Origin: Chrysomallon squamiferum
Taxonomy: Eukaryota; Animalia; Mollusca
Assembly (NCBI GenBank): GCA_012295275.1
Contig: CM022679.1
Span: forward strand, 12,028,001-12,092,000
Reading direction: 5' to 3'
DNA length: 64,000 nucleotides
Shown here: piece by piece, positions 40,623 through 55,513 of the stretch
Position numbering within the stretch: position 1 is the first letter of the stretch
Layout: the number at the start of each line of letters is the position of its first letter
Translations under genes and position numbers: made by a program
The notes under the pieces: generated by a model
The model's input: the letters and a program-made list of their open reading frames with translations, nothing else
Told to the model about the DNA's origin: nothing
The model's database searches: none

Positions 40623-40894
40623 TACACTTCTTTTTAGTTTATTTTGTAGTTTTCCTTATTCTTCTTTTCTTTAATTTTATTTTTAATTTTATGTTTAATA
40701 CTATACAGCTATGCACTAATGATCAAAACTATTTTGACACGTTCGTCATCATGTTCCTGTCAACATTTAAAAACTGAACTCGCAGTCTTAAAATATTTAT
40801 AGCTGGATTATGAACATTTTACAAGAAAAGACACATTAGAAGACGTACATATAAAAACAACAGTAAAACAAACACTGATTTACACTCGCAAATA

Positions 40895-40985
40895 TTTAGA
40901 AGCACAAACACCTCATCAAAAAAAGTACATATATATATATATATATATATAAATGTACTTTTTTTGATGATGTGTTTGTGCTTCT

Positions 40986-40988
<3 letters not shown>
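40895..40988. repeat. Long inverted repeat (36-bp arms, 1 mismatch) around (AT)n
   Basis: 40895-40930 is the reverse complement of 40953-40988 except at one position; the spacer is (AT)10AA. Confidence 0.95.
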
Positions 40989-41027
<39 letters not shown>

Positions 41028-41280
41028 TATATATTTACCACAGCTAAATCATGTCTTTGAAATACGTCTAAATGTATTTACTTTGAAATGAATTATGTAA
41101 TAAATTTAGCTTATGTTTATGTAAATAGTGAAGGATAATTTACAATACGTCTAAATATATATAATGGAAAAACTTACAATTTCGATTATTTATACAGACA
41201 CACATATATTTTTAAAACATAAATACGTATTTAACGAAAATGGTTATCAGCATCATCACCGTCGTCATCATCATCATCAT

Positions 41281-41350
41281 CATCAGTTACAGTACCAACA
41301 ACGTTCTAGCATCATCATCAGTTACAGTACCAACAACGTTCTAGCATCAT
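41281..41350 (+). repeat. 35-bp tandem duplication
   Basis: CATCAGTTACAGTACCAACAACGTTCTAGCATCAT occurs twice. Confidence 0.9.
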
Positions 41351-41465
41351 CATATCATCATCTTCTTCTAATACTTTTTCCCCATCTTTCTTTTTCTTAA
41401 AGTAAATAAGTAAGTAACTAATAAATAAATAAATAAATAAGTAAATAAATAAATAAATAAATAAG

Positions 41466-41500
<35 letters not shown>

Positions 41501-42169
41501 AATATTGCTTATTCACTTTCTTTTAAACTATATCCCAAACAACGTAATAATTTTTCTTCTAAGTACAAAAAACAAATATAATCGCAAATAAAAACGTGTT
41601 GATGTGTTTTCCACACTTCCTAAATGCAACAAGAAACAGTTTTAACGAATAGTATCATTCTCGGAAATAGGCGTGACATTGGCTCTTTTGAAACCGTGGC
41701 GTGAGACTAAAACTAAAGAACTTACTTCTACATTAATCATTCCATGTCTTTTATTTTTACTGCTTGTCGAGTAATCAGGCTTGATGACGTCTTTGAAGAA
41801 TACAGATCGTTTCCAGTCAAGCAAAATGGAAATGGTAAACGAAAATTTGTTTTCTATATTTGAAACGTTAGTAGTCTACGTCCATTTTACAGTTCGTCGA
41901 AATTCAAATAGCGTGAAACGTCAGGGTTCTGTTTGATCCGTGTAACCTACGTTATTTGCGTTTAGTTGTTTGTATTATGTTCTAATTTGCACTTGGAAAA
42001 TGGGATGGAAGTCTTTACGACATTTGGTTTTGATTACAGAAATTTTAAGCGTTATTCATTGGTAAATTTTGTTTGATCTGAGAAAGGGAAAGAGAAAGAG
42101 ATGTCCAGATGCATACTTACAAGAAATCAGAGGGAAAGATGCAAAGTCATGAATATAAGTAATAGTTAG

Positions 42170-42170
42170 G

Positions 42171-42231
<61 letters not shown>

Positions 42232-42330
42232 TGACTGATGGATGGATGGATGGATAGATAGATAGGTAGATAGATACAGAGATATACAGATATACAGATA
42301 TACAGATAGACAGATAAATAGATAGATAGA
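42170..42330. repeat. (GATA)n microsatellite
   Basis: Direct reading. Confidence 0.95.
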
Positions 42331-45300
42331 TCTACAGACACACAGACAGAGAGATAGACAGGGAGAGAGAAACAGAGAGAATGCAAACCCAGTCCAAAAA
42401 AAACCAAAAAAAAAAACAAAAACAACAGAATAAAGGCTAGCAAACCAAAGAACAGAAGAAAAAGAAACCGACATAAAAAATAACATTCTGAAAGAGTGAT
42501 AAATAGATTTTAACGACAAAGAAAGAAGACCAAGCTGAAAGGAAAAAATAAGATTAAAGAGGTAACGACATAGAAAAAATAGAAAGAAAAGTGAAAAAAA
42601 AGAAGTCAGAACATGAAAGCCAAACAAAATAATTTTCATCAGAAAACATATCATTACGAGTAGAGAAATAAAAAAAAAATTATGATTTAACCTTTTGATT
42701 AAAGACCAAGCGTTGAAACGGGACCAGAAACTACACTTCTGTTATTGAGTAATAGTTGCCTATCTGTCATGATGATTTTCCAATCGTGTCATATTTATTC
42801 CGCGTCATTAAAAAGCAGGATTGTAAAACGAGCGGAAAGCTAATCAATTCTTTCATTTGTGCCCGTTTCTCTATGCAAGAAGCTGCATTCTATACGGCTG
42901 ATTATTATCTCGAAGAAAGCAGGCGAACAGCATTGAGTGATATTGAAAATGTGTGCACACATTTCATATTAACACGGCATCATGGCACAAAACACTCGAT
43001 AAGACCATAAAAGCCGCGGTTGATCAAAAAGCTCGGCGCCATATTACCCTGATTGTAAACACTTCTGTCGAATTTGTATTCCAAAATCAATAGATAGTGT
43101 GTTTGTGAAACACCACTGGGAGACCCTTTCAACCCGACTTCACTGCATCATTTCTGCGATACAAACCAAAACACATTCATCAATAGACAGAAGAGCTGGG
43201 AAAAAAGGAGAAAATTAAATAAAATTAAAAGGATTAAAAAAAAAGAGATATAGTCTAAAATTAAACATTTAATGCTATAAAATATATTTATATGCTTTTT
43301 AGGTTTACGAGGAAACGAATGGAAAAACAGATAAAATGTTGCTGATAACTGCAAAGTACTGACTGCGGTAAGCCAGTTAACATAATTACTTGGCTTTACT
43401 TCTTTTATTCAAGTCTCTAGGTTCGAACCACAGCCACAACCTTTTTTCTTTTCTTTTTTTTTTCAGTACAGTGAGCTTTAATAATACAAGCATTAAACTC
43501 TTGTGTTCGATTCAGTGTACTTGGTACTTACTATAATAAAACCGGCGTTAATGAAGTGAAATAAAAAAAATAATAATAAAATATAAAATATAAATTTGTT
43601 GGTCATTATTTTCATCTAAGGTAAACAAAATTCTAAATCGCAGGAATAAATTTGTCTATTTATGCATGTAAGTCTCTAAAATAAATTAAGGAAATTCTTT
43701 TTTTACTGATATAATTATTTTTAGAAATCGATTGTGTATTTGTTAAGAAAATGTCCTGAATAACCTGCATAGCTGTATGCTTATTCAGAATTCTGTATAT
43801 ATGTATGTATGTGTATGTATGTATGAATGTAAGTGTGTGTTTATATATGTCTATGGGTGTGTTTATGTGTGTATCTATATACGTATGTTCATTTATACGT
43901 ACATATATATTTATGTATATATGTGTGTATGTCTGTACGTAAGTACGTTTGTATGTGTTCATGGATATGTATATGTATGTATGGACATACATATATTCAT
44001 ATACATATACATACCTATATATGTATATGTATGTATGTATGTATATATGTATATATATGTATGTATGTATGTATGTTTCTATGTATGTATGCATGCATAT
44101 TAAAATAATAGTACTCCATCTGTAGTAAATGTCATTTATGTTGATTTATATCTACTCAGTATGAAGAAAGAAAATAAAACTCACATATAGATATTCAAGT
44201 CTTGTAAATTTCATTCATCTGAATTTATTGTCTACTTATTATGAAGAAAATTTATTACTGTGCTGTTATTAATGTTGATATAAGAAATTTATACTTAATT
44301 TTACACTGCATATGACATTTTAGATAGTAACAACAAGAAGTGGTACTTGGCTGGATGATACTTGAACTACAACCAGGAGAGATATTAATATTAAAAAATT
44401 ACACGTGATGTATATTATCTTATACGTGATCTAGGTCATTCTTTCATAAATATATTTATCATGAAATGAATAGCATGAATGTACATTTTTACTTTCACAG
44501 ACTAATTTATTGTTATACGCTGTACATAATGTACGTTATTTCTATAAAACAAAGGTTATATGTTTAAAGTTTCTATTAATATAGTAATAAATTATATTTT
44601 ATACTTTTACTGAAAATATTAGAAGTCAGATAAACATGATGAAATCATGAACACCAATATAATCTTGCCAAGAAATGTTCTTTTTACAGTAATAAATTGT
44701 ACCAGTTAGTTAAAAAATAATAAAAATCTGATATCAATGCTTTTAAATTACTCAAAAATACATAAACTTGATTTTTAATATCTGAAATTATCCAAATAGC
44801 ATATCGTGTTAATTGTTTTAACGTGTCGTGGAGATGTACTGACATAACGACACAAAGAAAGTATATATTTCAGGTGATTTACCTTCACTGCAAAATATCT
44901 CCAATCTAGTTCAGTATCCGTAAAAAACAAAAACATAATGGGTACTTAAATCTGTTTGCTTTTTCATTTTTCTTACAAAGCCAAACGAAGATGGTTTAAA
45001 TACCTACACATAAAATGGAGTTAAACAGTGTGACACAGTTTGCATTTAAACATCTTCCAGCAGACACATAAAATTATAATTTAGATACCTCCGTCTCCCC
45101 ATGTGTTCAGTTGGGGATGAAAATTCTAAAGTTATTAACAACTAAAGCGGACAATTTGTACTGATTTACGGCAATGAATTTGAACCACCTAGTTTGTCTT
45201 GCAACACGTAATATTTCATAAATCCATCTAATGCTATCTTACACAGAGAAAAAAAATGTGGAAAGTATGAGAGAGAGCAAGAAAAAAATCTCATAAAACA

Positions 45301-45756
45301 AGAACAAAGCCAAAGGTTTGTCGATTTGTCAGCGGAAAAAATGAACTAAGCTTCGTCCGCCGATAATATGGCGCCACTTGTTTTTGTTCGCAGATGTTGC
45401 CCAGTGCGAGATCGCGGCATAAATTGTGTTCACTCTGAGATATTACCATATATCTATTATTCTCTTTGACTGCAGGAATTAATATTTATCAAACTTACTA
45501 TAAACTGTGGTAACTCCGAGATATTAACATATATCTAGTGTCTATCAAAAGTCACCGTTTCTCGTGCAACTTCTCTATAAAACTAAAGAGAACATTGCCT
45601 TTGTAATGAATGGCTTCGCACACAGTGGTAAAAATAAAGATCTGTTTACAGAACATTTAATTAGAAAGTCAACATAAACTTCAGCACGGCTTCAGCAGTA
45701 TTTATAAGATGTGCATGACGTTATTTTTCAAAGCTTAAAAATAATAAATAAATGAA

Positions 45757-45791
<35 letters not shown>

Positions 45792-46602
45792 GTAAGTTAG
45801 CAACTAAGTAAATAAAGCAAAGCAGTAATACCAAAAAATAAATAATTCAAAATAAAAAACAGGACAGCAATAAACAGTAACAACAACAACAACAAAGAAA
45901 GAAAAAAAGACATAAAATAATAAATAAATAAATAAATAATTTTAAAACATAAAAAATAAAAATCAGCACCACCACCCAACTTTAATTTTTTTTTTATCAC
46001 ATATACTGTTTGACCATGTACACACACTATGTACAACAATAACAACAACACACTGTCTTATTATCTGTCTCCTCTCTCCCAGGTAAATGTTACAAAATTA
46101 CATCTCAGTGTGCATTTTGATTACTTATCTACGTTTCACCCGAACTTCACAAAACAACACGTTCCTTACTGAACCATTTATATGAAAATCTGCCAAGCGA
46201 GGACAAGGATATTAAAATATTTAATTTAGTTATTAGGTATGAATGACAATTTCATGCAGGGACGTGACACCTCAGAATGTATCCGATTTCATTTCATGAA
46301 GATAGAACTGTTCTGAAGAAAAATCTGTTTCTCTTTGCTATAATGACTTATTGGAATATGGATCTGGGTATGCGGTTTTAATATCGGATAGCCCACCAAT
46401 AATTTAACATGTGTAAACTGATATAATAATTAAATTGTTTAAAGCGTTTTTATTAATTTTTTTTAGGTGAGTCAGAAGAGATTAATTAAATTCAATATTC
46501 GGTGTGTTAAGATTTTAAAGATCTGTCTACCACATATGCAGTTATAAACTTCAGTTTGGCAATTTCCTGTTGATAGATATATGAAGTAATATCATAGCAA
46601 CA

Positions 46603-46633
<31 letters not shown>

Positions 46634-47689
46634 TATTAAACTTACAAAAATCGACAACAAATAACAACTGCAGCAAACCAAAAATAGCATAAAAGAAATT
46701 AATAAAATATAAGCAAAATCCATAAATCTAAATAACCACCCTCAAAAACAACATAACTACAGATTCATTACCATGTACTTCTGCCTATTACTTCTGCTAA
46801 AACAACAACAATTATTGCTAATCACATTGATATAATTTCTACTTCTGTTATTACAACAATAAAAACGACTACTATTATTACTATTTCTGCATCCATACAT
46901 ACATAAACACACACACATACATACATACATGCATGCATACATACATACACACACACTTACATGCATAGATATACACACACATACATTCATACATACATAC
47001 ATAAATGTGTGTGTGTGTGTGTGTGTCCGAATCTGTAACTCTCTCTTTATTTCAGTATAAAATTTAATGAAAAAGAAAATGGTTTCTTTGCTTTCCTCTA
47101 AATGTATTTTGTTATCAGACAAGTGTGGTTTTGAAACAACAGGGATTCACCCAGACTCTCATACATTGTCTTTCAATCTTCGTTAGCGTTGTTTTTCAAC
47201 AGAGCAATCTTTGTAATGCAAACCACATGTTGGGCATTAATGTCCAAAGATTTGATCTACAAGTTTCAAGGCACCACACCGCTGTTACCTCAACACTGAT
47301 GCTGTGTAGGTGCTAATGAAGTCCGGCTAGAAAACAGAATTCATTTAATGAGTCGTGTGGATATTGTTGGATGAAGTTTTAAGAATTAAATTTAAAACTG
47401 AGGGAAGGAAAAAACAATGAAAAAAACAACAAACAATCAAATGATAATAATAATGATGATGATGATGATGATGATTATTATTATGAAGATAATGATACTG
47501 ATGATGATGTCACTGACAGCAATAAGAGTTTGAAAACAATCAACAAGCAAGCAAGCATACAAACAGACAAACAAACAAATATATTACTAAAACACCATTA
47601 TTTAAAGATAATTTATATTCAAATAAAACTGAAACGTATTTTACAAATAAAACAATTAATTTTTCAACAAATAGCAAAATAATGGACAA

Positions 47690-47743
<54 letters not shown>

Positions 47744-50409
47744 CAGTCAAAACAGCATTCATGCAAACAACCAGCTGACCATCAAACCATCCAGCCAACT
47801 AACTATTTAACTAACCACCTAACTAACCAGCTATACAAATTATAATCTAACAAGCAGCCAACCAATCGATATAACAAACACTCTCGAAAACAAAAACGTA
47901 AATAATAATTGCTATTATTTGTATCAGTGATGCGTGGCGCCTCGGTAACACGCAATGGGGACCACTCCTCTTCCCCGTAGAGTTTTATTGGCGGGCTGGC
48001 TTCGATAGATTTGCTTTTTTCCTGTGTTCACCGATATGGTGCACGGAACTAAGACAATTTAAACAAATTGCCAGGCTGTCAATAGACAAGCTGGCGATAG
48101 GTATAAGATAAAGCAGACGTGATGCTGATGGACACTGACAGACGATAATGGCTGCTAGCAGACGTGAGATGGATGGCAGGGCGGGATAATTAGAAGCGCA
48201 ATTTGTGATGGATTGAACGCAGTTGTTTGTAGGAAGAAACATAGCTCTTCATCACTCACAGTTGCAATACATCACCTTAATTGATGGACGAGTTGAGGGT
48301 CTGCTGGAGGTAACTGTCTATCCTTTGTCAGGTATTGTTTCACGTTTTTCTTCTTTTTCATTATCATCACCACCATACATCATTTCATAGGCACTGGTTG
48401 TCATTTACTTTTGGAGAACATAATCGTAAGTATTATTACTTTTTTGCCATCATCATCTGTATCATCATCATTATCATCAACACCACCATCACCACCACCA
48501 TCACCACCAGAACCACCACCACACCACCATCTTCGTTATTATCATCTTCATCATTACTGTGATCATCATGTTATAATCATCAATAGCATAATCATTGTCA
48601 TGACCATCATCAACAGCAAGAAAATAACTGAAACAGCATCAACAAAAGAAAAGAAAACAGCAACAACAACATCAACAACAGCAATAATAATAATAATGGA
48701 TGATGATTATGATGATTAAAAATATAAGTTACGCTCTTAATAATAATTAAAAAATAAAATAAAAAAAAAAAAAAAAAAAAAAAAATATCAGTTGATGCCA
48801 TTCGATCGTACGAAGTGTCGCTCCTCGGACAACTTAACTACGTTGTATCTGTTGTGATGAGTATCTTTCACTTAGTGGCGCTGACATTTGAAGAAGAGAA
48901 AATTTCAACTTAGAGACGAGTCTCTCACGTCTTATGTATAAACACGTGCACTATTTGCAATTCGGCAGATCAAAGCGGCACTCAACCAATGTTAACAACA
49001 TTCAAATGTTAGCGTTTGGTGTTATCGGGGATGTCTGTTCCCCTAACCCACTGTCATTAATATTGATCTAGTGAGAGACATAACGTTTGCGAGAGTCGTT
49101 AATCATGAGCTTTATTGAAATAAGTGTCTTCTTGCTTCTGCTGGCTTCTTTCAAATATCGCATAAATCTAATTCCGTGCGGGCATCTGGTGTGTGATCAA
49201 ATGGCATTACCTCACTCAGATATGTGCATTTTCTTAATAGCTATTAGCGCCGACAGAAGAGACGCGCTGTGGATGTTAATTCGGCTAGTTGCGTGAGTGG
49301 TTTGCGTCTTGCAGATAAAGTCGTGTGTTTCCGTTTTTAATCGAGCATACCCGTAATTTTCCGTCATTACTCGAACACTGCAATATATCGAGCGTTAACT
49401 GTTGATGAGTGGTTATATTTTATAGTCATTGATCAAGAGAAGACTAGCAGTAATCGGTCCTCAAAGGGCATTTAAATAACAGCTTGGGTCTGATTTAAAC
49501 AATAAACTAAGCACCCCGTTTTTCACGTAAAGCAAACTCGACAGAATATTGAAATTTACTTTTCAGGGCATCATAGTAAAACATCATTAAAACTACTCAG
49601 AATACATCGTATCTGGACAAATTAGTAAAGATATACAAAGATGTAAACTACCAGAATGATATTTGACAGAATACACCAAACAAGAAATAACAGTCCGACT
49701 TCATAAACCGAAAGAAAAATAAAGTCTTCAAGAAAGTACCATCAAAATATAGACCAAATAATCAATGTTCAACACTTGTGTCACATAAAAGTTTTACAGT
49801 TTATGTTTTTAGCGATCGTTCAGTAAGACCGACATTTTATAGCCTGTGATGGAGGTAAAACTGTAAATAGTTGAACTCATTATTTCAGCTGACAGATCAA
49901 TCTAAGTAAAATGTAGATAAGGTTGATTTAGCATGACCAAAATGACTGAACTGAAAATGAAAAATAAACTTTCAGGTATCATGACTGTTAAGTCTTTAAG
50001 ACTGAAAATAATGATTTATGTCACGAGTATGAATTACTGAAGATAACATGACCACTCACAACAGATTCTGTTACAAACAACAACAACAAAAAATAAATAA
50101 AATAAAATAAAATAAATAGTCTTGGCTCCAACATTTCCACAAGATAGAAAGTACAATGATTCGCTTTCTGTATCACGTACACGAATGTGCATAACCCATA
50201 AGCACAGACAAACGTAACAAGATACATTAAACCGGATCTGCATTAAAGCAAAACTAAAAAGCTCACCATTCCAAATTGCAAATGAAAACCAGAAAATCCA
50301 GCCTTATTGAAATCAATAAATTAATACCTTCTATAAAACAATATATACTGTAAATTTCCAGTCCCTTATGGTGGTTTCAACCAAACCACTCGCAGGAAAT
50401 TTCCGTTAA

Positions 50410-50690
50410 AGCTAACTTTATGAATTTCAGTCAAACACTTTCATGGATTCAGACAAAAACTAACATAATGATTTGAAACGAAACACCTTTAAGAAGTCAT
50501 ACTGAAGCTAATTTAATGAACTGCAACGAAACCATTTTTAATGAATTTAATCTAAAGCCAGCTCAGTGAATTTCAACTAGATATCCTTAATAAAATTCAC
50601 TAAATTAAATTGAAAGTCACCTAATGAATTTGAAGCAAAATTAATCGGACTAATTTCAACCTAAATCAAACTAATTTGAACTAATGAATG
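50410..50690 (+). repeat. Degenerate ~25-bp tandem repeat
   Basis: Recurrent TTAATGAATTT(C)A..AAA-like units. Confidence 0.45.
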
Positions 50691-52370
50691 ACTGCAAGAA
50701 ATGTCAGTTGCTGTATGAAATATACTTAATATTGACCAATGAAAATATTTTAATTCTTTCCTTACACAATGATAACGTAAACAGTGCTAAATCGCGTTGA
50801 TGTATGGCAGGAAGGGCAACAAAAAACAGGTGACTACTATATTTATTCCGAGCAATAAGCTAAGAAATATATTATCAATGACAGTGAAAAAGACGTCAGC
50901 CATAAATTACCCGTCTTAGCACGTTTGATAAATTGCGCTCATGCAGGTAACGGGCACTGGCTTCCTTCAAAAGCCTAATTATCTGAGATATTTGTTAGTG
51001 TAACTTTTAAAGATTCCTGTAAACTGTCGCCCAGAGTGACATCACCGTCTCTCATCAAATAAAACCTCATGTGTGGGTCCGTTGTTTTAAGCCAAACGTC
51101 ACAGAACGCGAGTTGCCATTAGTGAAATAATGGATAGACTTTGCCAACAGGCAGGAATTAAACTAAGCCTTTCTACCTTGAAAGATAGATGTTGCTGGTA
51201 ATTAGATTTCGCCAGGTGTGGCGGAAAATGTATACGTAAGCGTGTCATATAACGCAAAGTAATTTATCATGTACGTATTTAGACACATGCAAATCATTAT
51301 GTTAGATTCTAGAAGGAAGTAAGAAATGAATATGTTGGCGATATCGTTCTGGCTAAAAACTAACAGACACATGAAAAATCAAATTATAGGTAAAGAAAAA
51401 ACATAATGAGAAATATTTCAAAAGGAGAAAAACAATAGTGTAACTTAATGAAAATATCTGTTTAAAAAAAGTAAAAATGAAATAAAACAAAACAGACAAA
51501 AAAAATTAAAATCGTTCAGTCAGTCAGTCAAATTAAATAAGTTAATGGTGATAAAGATGATAATGATGATCCTCATAACACATAGTTATAGGCAGGCGTT
51601 TGAATAATCAAACAACAACAACAAAATAGTAATAATAATGATAATGATGATGATAATAATAATAATAATAAGAAGAAGAAGAAGAAGAATATTATTATTA
51701 TTATTAAAAGTAATTTAAAACGTAAACAGAAAACGTATATATATATATGTTAATAACAGCAAATACCATTTTATCAATAAATCTCCAAATTGAAATAAAA
51801 GAAATAAGTTCACATTTCTCGTCTGCAGCTATAAATGCCAATCATTTTTAACATATAAACAGCAGTACACCTTTAACAACTTCATTACGTAAAACAGATG
51901 GATATTGTCAACTGAAGAGGGAGGGAACCCAAACCCTCCGAAAAAAAATAATAACCCAACCCCAACAAGACCAACCTAACATCGCTAATGGGGTTGGCTA
52001 CGCCAGATAAGTTGATATCGGCTGACAGACTTATTAGACAGAGTTCACCGTAGCAAATCCATGACAAGTTTCTCAAAGAAGAAACACAACTCTGCATTGG
52101 CGTGCTAGGTGATCACGTGAGACCACGCTTATCATATCGCGGGCTGCTCCTTGCCCCCATCTTGACGTATCTGCAGATAGGACAATCTGTAAAGCTAGAC
52201 AACCAAAGGCCTACTGCTGTCGAATCGAGTATAAAACGCACTCAAACGAGACTTGTTCTCTCCTAGCTTTGACATTATCGCAGCAATACACTCTTCAGCT
52301 GGTGGCAAATAAAACTGTTTTTAAACCCATGCATGCCTGCCTTGTGTTACAAATCACAGTTGGTTTAGGA

Positions 52371-52411
<41 letters not shown>

Positions 52412-53318
52412 CCCCTCTCTTTTTGTTTTTCTTTCTTTCTTTTTGTGGTTACATATATGTACATGGAACTCGTCCGGCCTATGCAGATGTTGGCAGTTTG
52501 ATTGCCAGTAAGATATGATGTATTTTTCTTTAACCTTTTTCATGCACATTAACAAACTGGTGCTGATGTCGCACTCCTTAGCACTGTTAAATGCAGTTCT
52601 CTGTTGGGGTTATGGCAGTTTAAAGAAAGGTGAAAGTTCGTTGTCCGGATAACCCAGGTAGTTTAACAAGTTCAAAAAAAAAAAAAAAAAGTATTTACAT
52701 ACTCTTGTATATAAACACAGATAATGTACAAACACACACACAGGCAAACACACACAAACATATACAGGCTATAAAGCTATAAAGCAAATAAAACATTATG
52801 TTAATTCTACGAATACATACTTAAGTTAAGTGCGCGTATTTTTATATAGTTCTCACAGTCAGTTTCTTAACCATATTTAAAATAGCTTTTTGAATTTTAG
52901 GCATTATTCTAAAGCATATATACATTTTAAAGTCGTCATTTTTAATGTTTATGTGTACATTTGTTTTAAGTGCATTTTTTTTAACATATATACTTTGCTT
53001 ACATTCCATGTCAAATAAAATAATTTTTGATCATAACAAATTAGTTCTGCTGATAACATATTTGTCTACACTACTTATTTAGTTTGTAAAGAGATTACAA
53101 AATTGTAACCTGCAGACGGTGATAAAAAAGACCTTCAGTTAACTCAGATAATGATCATAATTTGAATCGTTAATAATCTTATTCAATTCGTTACATAAAA
53201 TTTCTTCTTGATATTCATCATCACATACGGCAAATTCTATTACGATTTCCTCCAAGCGTCCAAGAAACATGCATTCTAGATGTAATATGCAAATCAAGGA
53301 AACAATGTGCCGGAGGCA

Positions 53319-53386
<68 letters not shown>

Positions 53387-53440
53387 TAAAAATAACAATA
53401 ACAATAACAATAATAATAATAATAATTATTATAATTATAA
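53319..53440. repeat. (AAT)n microsatellite (similar at ~9.05, 18.6 and 47.7 kb)
   Basis: Direct reading; source of the poly-Ile/poly-Asn pseudo-ORFs. Confidence 0.95.
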
Positions 53441-54098
53441 TAAAGAAGGAAAAAAAAGAAAGAAGAAATATTAAATTATAATGCATAAAACTGTCACGTT
53501 GTCGGAAATTAAATGAAATATAATGATACCAATTATTATGTATTTGGAATAATTTCATGCAGCGGTGGGTTTCCCTTCAGACATATTAACAGAATAAAGA
53601 GCAATTCACTGTAATATGAGAGATATTAAAATAACATACATGTCTTGATTTATGAGCGTCATTGAAATACACACGGCCCATCATCTATGCCTCAATCTTT
53701 TTGTCGTTAAAACTTCATTATGGGTCTTTGATACTGAAATTAAATTGCTCGATGCAGCATTGAAAAATGCAGCCATGCATCATAAGGCACTTTTTTATTG
53801 CTTCTTTTCAGATACGTGCCATTAGAAACCAGCGTTATGCAGTTTGGAGATAGTCAAAGGCCGGCCATCTTGTTTTCACATCAGTGGTTAAGGTCAAATG
53901 TTCAGATGCTCATCTTTTGACTGTAATTCGAGTCAAACACGGTTTTTTTCTTTTGTTTTGTTTTAATTCATGCCTTTTTCGTTATTAAATAAATAAGTAA
54001 ATAGTCTGAAACACACTGTTAGTAAATAAACAGAAAAGTAGGCCTACATAAAAAAAAAAAAAATAATAATAATAATAATTCTTATGTAGATTTCTATG

Positions 54099-54107
54099 AA
54101 AAAAAAA
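54099..54107 (-). terminator. Pol III terminator (T9) of tRNA-Thr
   Basis: A9 run on + strand (T9 on -), 9 nt downstream of the tRNA 3' end. Confidence 0.75.
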
Positions 54108-54115
54108 CACATTCT

Positions 54116-54188
54116 AGCCTCCAGTGAGGATCGAACTCACGACCCCTGGTTTACAAGACCAGTGCTCTATCCACTGAGCTATAAAGGC
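54116..54188 (-). tRNA. trnT-UGU: tRNA-Thr (anticodon TGT)
   Basis: Minus strand reads GCCTTTATAGCTCAGTGGATAGAGCACTGGTCTTGTAAACCAGGGGTCGTGAGTTCGATCCTCACTGGAGGCT. Acceptor stem GCCTTTA/TGGAGGC, A box, anticodon arm CTGGT-CTTGTAA-ACCAG, T arm GTGAG-TTCGATC-CTCAC. Confidence 0.95.
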
Positions 54189-55513
54189 TGTGTGCATGTA
54201 CAGCTTCGTACAATAAACTGTGGGTGTGTTTGCAGCTTTAGTCATTCAAACGTGTATCTATATATGTAAAGTGCATGCACGTAGGCCTATTTCTTTTTTT
54301 GTTTATGCATATAAATAATCGTATAGTTTTGTTTGTATCTACAGCGCCAGCTCATAGACACTAACACATACACACAATGAAAAACTTAACAATTTTTGCA
54401 CTGTCATTGAACAGAATTGTCATTTAAATAATCGGACTGTGTTTGAATAGAATTTCGGACCATGACTTTTCAAACTGTTAATCAGCTTAAATGCTTAACT
54501 CTGATAAATACTGTTTTAATCTCCAGAGATTTAACAGATAATTGTATTATCATCGTACTTAGCGCCTAACGATTATGTCATTTATTAGATAACCAGACGA
54601 GCCTGACAAACAACAGAATGTAAATAGATTAGTTCACATTCAAGTTTACATAAATATATTAAATAATTCAAGTAGTAAAATAAAAACAAACAAACAAGAA
54701 CAAAAACAAAACAAAAAAAAAAATCATCTTTCTAGTAATAATTATATTATGTCTGCGAAAAACGTAAACATTTTGAATGTTACAATGCCATTTTGAATCA
54801 ATGGGATAAACGTAAGAAAAAAATTTATTTCCTCATTCATCCTAGATGCCTTGTCGTGGTTAGGTGGATCGGTCCTTCTCATCGGTCATTTAATGAACTG
54901 TTTCCTTTTTACATATTCTCAGATATACGCTAAAAACACTCCAGTCTTATACATAATATATGTCTATGTTAGAAAATAATTCCAGAAGACAGAAAATCAG
55001 GAAAAATTATGCTTTCCTGCTATCTGAATAAACATATCAAAATTCATAGAAAAAAAAATCACCAGGTGTCTTCTTGTATTTCGTTATAAAAGAAAAAAAA
55101 AAAAAAAAGACTGACATATTAAAAAGTCTGGAGGCGTTGTCAAATGAGACGTTATTTCTAATTTTCATTCGTCTGTTAGTCTAGGTGGCAAAATCTCCAC
55201 ACGCGTTACAAATGATGTTGTCTGTTTTATCTATTTGAGATTTAATTATTCATCAACTAATTGTATCTGGTATGTACGTAGTCGTTTTTTTCTTTCTTGC
55301 TTTTTTTTTTTTTTTTTTTTTTTTTGTTGATTAGCCGCAGCTGGCTGTAGACAACCATATAAATGTTATCTGCGATGAAAATCAAACTGAAATCTCTGTA
55401 GGGCCACACACGTGTTGAGTTGCTCATTTCCCACTCAGTGACAGTTGATAAACTGTACGAGGTTTCGTTGACACATCCTGCTAAAGGTGTAGGAAAACCT
55501 GTCACGTACAAAT

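Larger units (their letters stand above)
24338..52310 (+). repeat. Ancient tandem segmental unit 2 (contains the intact NET gene)
   Basis: Same nine colinear anchors as unit 1; boundaries are minimal. Confidence 0.75.

Noticed and set aside
43360-43525. tRNA/SINE-like B-box strings (GGTTCGAACC, GTTCGATTC) near a T-run
   Set aside because: No cloverleaf or convincing A box; cannot be supported without a repeat library.
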